A stretch of DNA of 64,000 nucleotides, from positions 768,001 to 832,000 of the forward strand of contig CBDIIB010000005.1 in assembly GCA_965279525.1 (NCBI GenBank), written 5' to 3'. Position 1 is the stretch's first letter, and every line of letters begins with the position of its first letter. A program made the translations under genes and the position numbers. Below, piece after piece: positions 57,040 through 64,000 of the stretch. The stretch is from Tagaea sp. (GTDB lineage: Bacteria > Pseudomonadota > Alphaproteobacteria > CACIAM-22H2). Under the pieces are notes generated by a model that was given only the letters and a program-made list of their open reading frames with translations, did not search any database and had not been told where the DNA came from.

Positions 57040-58136
57040 TGCGTCAACGTCTCGAAAACGGCTCGATGACGCGCGATCCAGTGACCGATATCGAATCGCG
57101 CCACCGCGCGCGCGCGCGCCGCCGCACCAAGCCCGTGTCGATCAGCGACTACGCCGCGCATCGCTTCAGCTAGCTCTTCCTCGTCCGGAACCTGAGGCTC
57201 GTCCCAAGATTCGACAACCGGCACGCCCGCACCCGCTTCACCGACCAGCTCCGGAACACCGCCGCTGGCCGAAAACACGATCGGAAGCCCGCACGCCATC
57301 GCCTCGATGACGGCGTTCGGGCAGGCATCGTTATGTTTGGTCGATACATAGACATGCGCGGCACGATAGATGTCGGGTGCTTCAGCTTGCGTATAGCGGC
57401 CCTTGAATTCGATACGATCGGCGACACCAAGTTCTGCTGCAATCTCTCGCGCACGCTCGACCACAGTCGACGCAGCCCAGCCCGCCAGCCGCAGGCGTGC
57501 ATCGAGCCCGCTGTCGACGACGCGCGCAAAACCGCGAATCGCATTCTCGATGCGATAAAAAAGATGTGAATCCATCTTGCCCGTCATCAGGAAAACGATC
57601 GGCCCCTCGGGTGCGGCGGCGGCGGGCGTGAAGCGCGACGTATCGACCGCGTTGTAGAGGACCTCGCCCGGTCCTTCGCGCTGACCGAGGAAGAGGTTGG
57701 CGCCACGGCGGCAGAACTCGCTCTGCCAGAACACGTGTGCGGCCTGCCTGTACGTGCGAGCCATGCGCACATTCTCGCCGCGCCAGTCGCCGCGATACCA
57801 CGCCGGATAGAACAGGCCGTTCTGGTTGTGCACGATCGGAATGCCGCGCAGCCGAAGCACGGCGAGCGCGAAGTCCGGCATATACGGAGCGTTACTCAAC
57901 GTGTAGACCAGATTATATTTCGCGCGGTGCTCGGGGAAATACTCGACCAGCCGGCGAACCTTGACGAGTGGTCCGCCGACGTCACCGACGAGCGCGCCGC
58001 CGTAATACACGCGCGGCGCGCCCCTCGCCCCCGAGAATGGGATGGTTGCCAGCGTACCAATGCCCAAAGCGACGGCATAGGCCGTGCGCGCAACGGCCTT
58101 GCCCGGCGAGATATCGCGTCGGAAATCGTCGGTCAT
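57036..58136 (-). CDS. Glycosyltransferase family 4
   Basis: YNAVDT.RF, DACPNAVIEAMACGLP, GGVPE. Confidence 0.9.
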   Translation of the reverse strand: MTDDFRRDISPGKAVARTAYAVALGIGTLATIPFSGARGAPRVYYGGALVGDVGGPLVKVRRLVEYFPEHRAKYNLVYTLSNAPYMPDFALAVLRLRGIPIVHNQNGLFYPAWYRGDWRGENVRMARTYRQAAHVFWQSEFCRRGANLFLGQREGPGEVLYNAVDTSRFTPAAAAPEGPIVFLMTGKMDSHLFYRIENAIRGFARVVDSGLDARLRLAGWAASTVVERAREIAAELGVADRIEFKGRYTQAEAPDIYRAAHVYVSTKHNDACPNAVIEAMACGLPIVFSASGGVPELVGEAGAGVPVVESWDEPQVPDEEELAEAMRGVVADRHGLGAAARARAVARFDIGHWIARHRAVFETLTQ

Positions 58137-58942
58137 CGGGCCGGTTTGCGGGCGATACCCATCAACATGTGCGCGCACAGGCCCGACCACACGAACGGCG
58201 AGAGGCCGCGACCGAGCGCCTTGGCAATTTTCGTATCGTAGTGGAGACCGAACCACTGCCATAGCAGTCGCACGATCCCCTGCCGCTTCGCGACGGGCAC
58301 GAGATCGAGAACCTCGAAACCATTGTTTGCGAGATAGCCGCGCATTTCTCCGCGCGTGAGGCGCCATTGATAGAAGCGCGTGTGCTGGCAGGCGGCTTCC
58401 GTCCGTCGCTCCCCGTCGAAGGCGGCAGCGAGGGCGTGCCGAAGGTTGTCGAAGGGCGTCGTTATGAAGAGATAACCGCCGGGCTTGAGAACGCGCATAG
58501 CCTCGATCAGGCAAGGATCGAGGCCGCTCTCGAAGTGCTCGAAAGTGCCCCACGAGAAATAGGCGTCGAATGACGAATCCGGAAATCCGGTCGCGCGTAT
58601 GTCGCCCGCCCGGAACTCGATGTTCGGAAAGACCGAACGCAGTTGCGCGATGGTCTCTTGCGAAAGGTCTAGTCCGACCGTCGCGTAGCCGAGGCCGGCT
58701 AGGTGGGCGGTCCATTCGCCGAGTCCGCAGCCACCGTCCAGGATCCGGGCGCCTGCGGGAAGGCGCTTCAGATACGGCCACATGAGCTGGAACTCTTCCT
58801 GCCGAGGCACGCGGGAAGTCGACCCGCTCGGCCCGCCCATCCGCTTCCACACTTCCGTCCAATGCGCGGCGATATGCGTCGCTTCGTCACGGGAGGCCGT
58901 TTCGGCAGCGACAGCCATATAGTCCTTACGCATTTTTCTCAC
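58133..58942 (-). CDS. Class I SAM-dependent methyltransferase
   Basis: ILDGGCGLG, SWGTFEH, RVLKPGG. Confidence 0.88.
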   Translation of the reverse strand: MRKMRKDYMAVAAETASRDEATHIAAHWTEVWKRMGGPSGSTSRVPRQEEFQLMWPYLKRLPAGARILDGGCGLGEWTAHLAGLGYATVGLDLSQETIAQLRSVFPNIEFRAGDIRATGFPDSSFDAYFSWGTFEHFESGLDPCLIEAMRVLKPGGYLFITTPFDNLRHALAAAFDGERRTEAACQHTRFYQWRLTRGEMRGYLANNGFEVLDLVPVAKRQGIVRLLWQWFGLHYDTKIAKALGRGLSPFVWSGLCAHMLMGIARKPAR

Positions 58943-59083
58943 TTGCTCCTAGCCGGCAGGGCCACCAGTTACTTATTCCGATAGTCATACGGGACGGTCA
59001 ATAAGAACTTGACGCGCCCGCCGCCCCTCGTCTACGCCACGACAGAACTGCAACGTCCCGAGCGGACGACGAACAGAGTGAAC

Positions 59084-60088
59084 ATGCCCAAGATTGAAGT
59101 TTCCGGACGCAAAGTAGCAGTCACTGGCGGCGCCGGGCTGATCGGATCGTTCCTCGTCGAAGAACTTTTGATACGCGAAGCAAAGGTCGTCGTCGTCGAC
59201 GACTTTTCGACCGGCTTGCGCAGCCATGTGGCTCAGGCCGAGAAGCGTATCGAGTTGCGCGAAGGCGATCTCGAACGGCCTGGCTTCGCCCTCGAGGCGC
59301 TCGAAGGGGCCGATATCGTCTTCCATCTTGCAAGCCGCGCCTTCGGCGTGGGATATGGCGCCTCTCGGCATCTTGAGATCTGCCTGCACAACGAGCGCGT
59401 GACCAACAATGTCGTGGAAGCGCTCGCGCGGCATCGGCCCGCATTCGCGCTTGCGGTTTCATCTTCGTGCGTACACCGGGATGACGGACCGGACACCTTC
59501 CCCGAGCTGCCGGTCTATGACGGCGACCCGGAACGGGCGAACAGCGGCTATGGCTGGGCGAAGCGCTTTCTCGAAACGAAGTTCGCGATGATGTCCCAGG
59601 CGAGCGGTGTTCCTGTCGTCCTCGCGCGCCCGGTCAACATCTACGGCGAGCGCTATCGCTGGCGCGGCGCCAACAGCCAGGCGATCCCGATGCTCGTCCA
59701 CAAGGTCATGAGCGGCATGGATCCGGTCATCATCTGGGGGAGCGGACTCCAGCGGCGCAACTACATGCACGCCAGCGACTGCGCGACGATCCTGTGCCGT
59801 CTGGTGGAGGCGAATGCCGCCGGCCAGACCGTCAATGTCGGGTTCGAAGACACCGTGTCGATGGCCGATCTTGCCGCGGCAATCATCGAGGTGACGGGCA
59901 CTAATGTACGAACCGTGTTCGACACAACGAAACCCGAGGGACGCTTCGTGAAGTCGGCCGATTCGACGCGCCTGCGCTCGATCGTCGGCAACGCCGCGCC
60001 GGCGATCGGCCTGCGCGATGGACTCGCCCGTATGGCAGGCTGGTTCCGGGCGCTTCCTGAAAACGACAGGCGGCCGCTTCAAGGCTAG
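59084..60088 (+). CDS. NAD-dependent nucleotide-sugar epimerase/dehydratase
   Basis: TGGAGLIGS, SSSC, YGWAK, NIYG, WGSG.Q.R. Confidence 0.88.
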   Translation: MPKIEVSGRKVAVTGGAGLIGSFLVEELLIREAKVVVVDDFSTGLRSHVAQAEKRIELREGDLERPGFALEALEGADIVFHLASRAFGVGYGASRHLEICLHNERVTNNVVEALARHRPAFALAVSSSCVHRDDGPDTFPELPVYDGDPERANSGYGWAKRFLETKFAMMSQASGVPVVLARPVNIYGERYRWRGANSQAIPMLVHKVMSGMDPVIIWGSGLQRRNYMHASDCATILCRLVEANAAGQTVNVGFEDTVSMADLAAAIIEVTGTNVRTVFDTTKPEGRFVKSADSTRLRSIVGNAAPAIGLRDGLARMAGWFRALPENDRRPLQG

Positions 60089-61189
60089 TCAACCGCGCAG
60101 CAGCGGCGCGTAGACCTTCTCCCAGTGGGCGGCGGCCACTGCCGACCAGTCGTAGGCTGCGACGTCGGCGCGGGCGGCGGCGGTCCAGGCGCGCGCACGC
60201 GCAGGATCGGCGAGCACGCCGGCGGCCTGTGCGACGAACGTCCCGACGTCGCCGACGGGCACGAGTGCGCCGTTGATGCCGTCGCGGATCATGTCGGATG
60301 CCATGCCGCAATCGGCCGCGATGATCGGCACGCCGGCGGCGAAACTCTCAGGAATCGCCTTGGGCCCGCCTTCCTCGCGTGACGTCATCAGGTAGAGGTC
60401 GAGGGCCGCGTACGGGTCGGTGATTTTTAGATAGTCGTCGAGGAAGACGTGGCGGAACGGAACGCCGGCTGCCGCGAGCCCGGCCTTCACGTAGCCGCGC
60501 GCCGGACCGGTCAGCAGCGCCATCACCGGCAGGCCGCGCGCGCGCAACGCCGCCAGCGCTGCGACGAAGATGTCTGGCCCCTTGATGAGCTTGGGTTCGT
60601 TCCCGTCGCCCCAGCCCACCCCGTCCTTCTGGAACGAGCCGACTGCGACCGCGTCTTCCGGAATGCCGAAGCTCGCGCGCGCCGCCGCCCGGCGGGCCGC
60701 GTCGGCAGGCACGAAATGGTGCGTATCGACTCCGATCGGGATCCGCACGACGCGTTCTCTCGGAACACCCCACTCGACGAGACGCCGCTCCATCAGCGAC
60801 GCCGCCGTCACGACGCACGCGACCCGGTCCAGGCGCGCGAGGAACGCCTTGACGTCGCGCGCCGCGTCGGGGCCGTCGTCCGGCTTGCCGTGGAAGTAGG
60901 TTACCACGTAGGAGGCTCCGGCGGGCAGATGGGCGCTCCACGCATTCCACAGGAAGTGGGAACCGAAATGCACGACCGGCCCCGCCTTGCGCCACGGGCT
61001 TTCCGAGATGCACGCCGTGCCGGGCCGCACCGCCTCGATCCCGCGCGTGATGTAGTGACCGTCCCAGCGGATTGACCAGTCGTTGCGCTCGACGACGAAC
61101 GTCACTGGACAGGACGGCAGCCGCAGACCCGGTAGGCGCCCGGCCTGCGCCAGCAGCGTACGCGCGACTTCGCGAATCCGCGCCTTCAT
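60089..61189 (-). CDS. Glycosyltransferase family 4
   Basis: IPIGVD, GSFQKDG, SREEGGPKA..E. Confidence 0.88.
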   Translation of the reverse strand: MKARIREVARTLLAQAGRLPGLRLPSCPVTFVVERNDWSIRWDGHYITRGIEAVRPGTACISESPWRKAGPVVHFGSHFLWNAWSAHLPAGASYVVTYFHGKPDDGPDAARDVKAFLARLDRVACVVTAASLMERRLVEWGVPRERVVRIPIGVDTHHFVPADAARRAAARASFGIPEDAVAVGSFQKDGVGWGDGNEPKLIKGPDIFVAALAALRARGLPVMALLTGPARGYVKAGLAAAGVPFRHVFLDDYLKITDPYAALDLYLMTSREEGGPKAIPESFAAGVPIIAADCGMASDMIRDGINGALVPVGDVGTFVAQAAGVLADPARARAWTAAARADVAAYDWSAVAAAHWEKVYAPLLRG

Positions 61190-62214
61190 GCCGCCACTTG
61201 CGCGCGCAGGAAGGCCGCGGGCGAACGCCACAGACGGCGTGTCGCAACAATCTCGCGGCGGTTCGCCAGGATCTCATCGAAGGCGGCGAGCCAGTCCGCG
61301 CACATCCGCTGTGCGGTCCACGGATAGGCGGGCATCTTCGTGCGTGCATCCGCATAGCGTGCGACGAGCCGTCCGAAAGCCGCCGCGAAATCCGCCGGGC
61401 CGTCGAATGCCTCGCCGAAGCCGCCGCAGTATTCCGGCATGCAGCCACTGTTGCGGTAGAGGAGCGGCAGGCCGCAGCACGCCCCTTCGTTCTGGTGGTT
61501 GCCCCCCGGCTCGAACTGCGAGGCGGTGACGTATGCGTGGTGCCGTCGCAGTTCATCGGCGAGCGCCTTGCCGGACAGCGGCGGCACATAGGATGCGTTG
61601 CGAAAACGGAAACCGGCCGGCAGGTTCCCGACATAGGTGAAGGCGAGCCGCGTGCGCCAATCGGGTGCATCGAGAAGTGCATCGATCGCCGAATAGACGT
61701 CGAAGCCCTTCAGCGGATTGAAACCCCAATGGTGCGTCACCAGCCGCAGCGGGCCCGTCCCGTCCCAAGGGGTCTGGCCGATGTCGTTGAAAAGCGTCTC
61801 GTCGGCACCGTTGCGCAGGACCCTGAAGGGCGTGCGCCGGTTGGCGCGCCAGACGGGCAGCTCAGTGAGCCATTCGCCGACGAAGGCTGTTACGTCGGCG
61901 CAGTAGTTCGCGCGCGCAAGCATCGCATCAACATTCCGCGTTCCCTTGCGCAGATCGCACTCGTTGATTCGGTGGATGACGATTGCGTCGGGATTGCGCA
62001 GCCAGAGATACCGAAGAATCGCGTCAGGTCCAAATGCGGAAGCGGGATTGCGTCGCCGCGGATCGGTCAGCACGATCACGTCGATGTCGCAGTCAGCAAG
62101 ATCGAAGCGAACGACATGACCAGCGCGCCCGAGCCCGTCCGCAAGCGCGCGGGCGAACATGTTACCCCCGCCCCATGGTCCGTCCATCAGGCGATGGCCG
62201 AGTGCGACTTTCAC
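61186..62214 (-). CDS. Glycosyltransferase (GT-B, family 4-like)
   Basis: GPWGGGN, HRINE, NG.D, EPGGNH.NEG.CCGLP; GTG start overlaps the upstream stop. Confidence 0.8.
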   Translation of the reverse strand: MKVALGHRLMDGPWGGGNMFARALADGLGRAGHVVRFDLADCDIDVIVLTDPRRRNPASAFGPDAILRYLWLRNPDAIVIHRINECDLRKGTRNVDAMLARANYCADVTAFVGEWLTELPVWRANRRTPFRVLRNGADETLFNDIGQTPWDGTGPLRLVTHHWGFNPLKGFDVYSAIDALLDAPDWRTRLAFTYVGNLPAGFRFRNASYVPPLSGKALADELRRHHAYVTASQFEPGGNHQNEGACCGLPLLYRNSGCMPEYCGGFGEAFDGPADFAAAFGRLVARYADARTKMPAYPWTAQRMCADWLAAFDEILANRREIVATRRLWRSPAAFLRAQVAA

Positions 62215-63359
62215 GAAAGCTGGCCCCGCTTTTCCCAAAGTTCCATGCCGAGCTTCGCGATCTGCACCGCACCATGCTGGATCTTGTCGAGGCCGAAATG
62301 GGTGACCGCCGTCTGGCGCGCAGCTACTCCGATTCGCTTGCACAAATCGTCGTCGCGGCGAAGGCGGCCGATCGCCTCGCCCATCGCGCCCGCGTCACCC
62401 GGCGGAACAAGAAGGCAGTTCTGCCCGTCGACCAGGAGGGAATCAGTCCAAAGGCCCTTGTTTCGGGATATGACTACCGGCTTGCCACAACTCATGGCCT
62501 GCAGGGCAACACTGTAGCCGCTGGGTTGATTGACGTCCTTCAGCGGCACAATGACTGCCCGCGCCCGATTGTAGGCACTCCTCAGTCCTTCGTCGGACAG
62601 GGCGCCGCTGCTGTAGAAATCCCCGGCACTTATCCGAATATGGGACGCACTGTCCGGGATCTGCAGTTTCCGCGAGGTGATGATCCAGATCGGATGAGCG
62701 CCGGGGGCATTCACAAGCAGGTCGTAGTCCCTGCTTGGGTCCTGCCCAACGGCGAAGAAATAGTCCTCCGGCTTCTCGCCGTCCAAAGGGCGCCAGAAGG
62801 CCGTATCAACGCCAAATGGAATTACCGATGTCTTTGCAGCATCGAGCCGGTACTTCTTAATCGTCGCAACCCGATCGGCATCTCCAAAGAAGAACGCATG
62901 ATCAAGGCGCAGCAGCGAAGCGCGGATCACGGCTCGGTTAACCGGCCGCAGCCAGGCGGGCGCGCGATGCTCGATGTCAGATAGACCGTGAAAGCCGCCG
63001 ATCAGGATGCTCGGCGACTGTCCGGCAATTCTCGAGAGCCCCATGCTCAGGGAGAAGCCGTCTGTGAAGCTGATCACCAGCTTTGCAGGCGCCCATTCCC
63101 GCAGTTTCGCCCAGGTCGATATCGGCCGAACTCCGGCGGCGGCGATCCTGACAATGGCCCGCTCCAGGAGTTCGATGATATGCCCCGCCACGCTTGCACT
63201 TCGCTCGGAGCTCGACATCATTCGTGCATTGAAGCCGGATGCCTCGATATGGTCGAAGCCGTAAAGGAACTCGCGCGGCGCTTCCTTGCCTTGCTTGAGG
63301 AGTTCCAGACGGATTCCGCGGCCTCCCTTGTTGAAAACAAGTATGTCGGCAACCTCCAT
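62211..63359 (-). CDS. Glycosyltransferase family 4
   Basis: FGVDT.FW, RDY, QPSG.SV.LQAMSCGKPV. Confidence 0.85.
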   Translation of the reverse strand: MEVADILVFNKGGRGIRLELLKQGKEAPREFLYGFDHIEASGFNARMMSSSERSASVAGHIIELLERAIVRIAAAGVRPISTWAKLREWAPAKLVISFTDGFSLSMGLSRIAGQSPSILIGGFHGLSDIEHRAPAWLRPVNRAVIRASLLRLDHAFFFGDADRVATIKKYRLDAAKTSVIPFGVDTAFWRPLDGEKPEDYFFAVGQDPSRDYDLLVNAPGAHPIWIITSRKLQIPDSASHIRISAGDFYSSGALSDEGLRSAYNRARAVIVPLKDVNQPSGYSVALQAMSCGKPVVISRNKGLWTDSLLVDGQNCLLVPPGDAGAMGEAIGRLRRDDDLCKRIGVAARQTAVTHFGLDKIQHGAVQIAKLGMELWEKRGQLS

Positions 63360-63554
63360 GTCGTGTACCAGTTCACCGCTCAACACCAGTCCTCCACCAT
63401 TCTGAATGCCCTGTCGATTGGCCTTGCTATCGGCGCTTGACAGAAACCACGCTTCATCCACCAGCAGGCTCTACGCTCACGTTGCAAATGCGTTGATCCA
63501 AGATTGGCGATGATCCAAACTTGCCGACGTGTCCCTTACAACATCTGGCTCGCA

Positions 63555-64000
63555 ATGACTCGCATGCTCGTTCTTGGGTTCGTTCTCGTCGCTGCAGGTA
63601 TCGTCGCGGTGAGCGCGAGCGGTGCGCGACCGGCATTTAAAGACTGCGAAGAGTGCCCGGAAATGGTCGCGATTCCGGCCGGCAGGTTCCTGATGGGAAC
63701 CAAGCCGGATACATGGTGGTCGAAAAGCCTTCAGCCAACTGCCAATGAACGTCCCCAGCACCTCGTCGAGATCAGGTCATTTGCGCTTGGGACCCATGAG
63801 GTCACCCAATTGCAGTGGCGCACATTCATGGGAAACAATCCCAGCATGAATGTCGGCGATCTGCTTCCCGTCGATCACGTTACCTGGGAAGACGCTCAGG
63901 ACTTCGTGCGACGGCTTAGCGCCAGAACAGGAAAGTCCTATCGACTGCCAACCGAGGCGGAGTGGGAATTCGCCGCACGCGCAGGCTCAATCGAGGAGTT
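63555..64000 (+). CDS. Formylglycine-generating enzyme (SUMF1/FGE-sulfatase) domain protein, 3'-truncated
   Basis: Not in the ORF track: MTRMLVLG..FKDCEECPEMVAIPAGRFLMG, ERPQH, EVT, PV..VTWEDA, YRLPTEAEWEFAARAG. Confidence 0.9.
   Translation, partial: MTRMLVLGFVLVAAGIVAVSASGARPAFKDCEECPEMVAIPAGRFLMGTKPDTWWSKSLQPTANERPQHLVEIRSFALGTHEVTQLQWRTFMGNNPSMNVGDLLPVDHVTWEDAQDFVRRLSARTGKSYRLPTEAEWEFAARAGSIEE

Noticed and set aside
1-64000. Many long alternative-frame and antisense ORFs (e.g. 17701-19935, 23436-26144, 44102-46843, 49190-51259)
   Set aside because: Arg/Ala/Pro-rich shadows of real genes, expected in high-GC DNA with few stop codons; no recognisable motifs.

Overview
High-GC alphaproteobacterial (Rhodospirillales-like) chromosomal segment. 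The housekeeping backbone is ubiE-ubiB, coaBC-dut-Rrf2-moeB, two cyclophilins, two tandem cysK (the second fused to glutaredoxin), lipid A genes (lpxL-like, lpxK, waaA), iron/oxygen-stress genes (DUF2325, di-heme peroxidase operon, EB_dh/DUF2231 pair, irr-rubrerythrin-FeS oxidoreductase-DUF3501), a lone flagellin, htpX and rsmB. Accessory DNA interrupts it in three places. (1) Between ubiB and coaBC lies a 2.3-kb module: a peptidoglycan-binding/M23 endopeptidase gene with no signal peptide, whose sigma70 promoter carries an alphaproteobacterial LexA-type box, and a tail-to-tail exported Cys-rich protein. This is the best candidate for an undescribed system, an SOS-inducible cell-wall bacteriocin/immunity pair. 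(2) Between htpX and rsmB lie about 14 kb of orphan genes and glycan-modification genes, including a 6.5-kb cassette bracketed by a 43-bp duplication of a gene 3' end. (3) From about 48 kb onward a surface-glycan cluster contains an out-of-context lptD/lptE pair and four apparent frameshifts. No rRNA, tRNA, CRISPR array, integrase or transposase was recognised. All calls come from reading motifs by eye; no database search was run.
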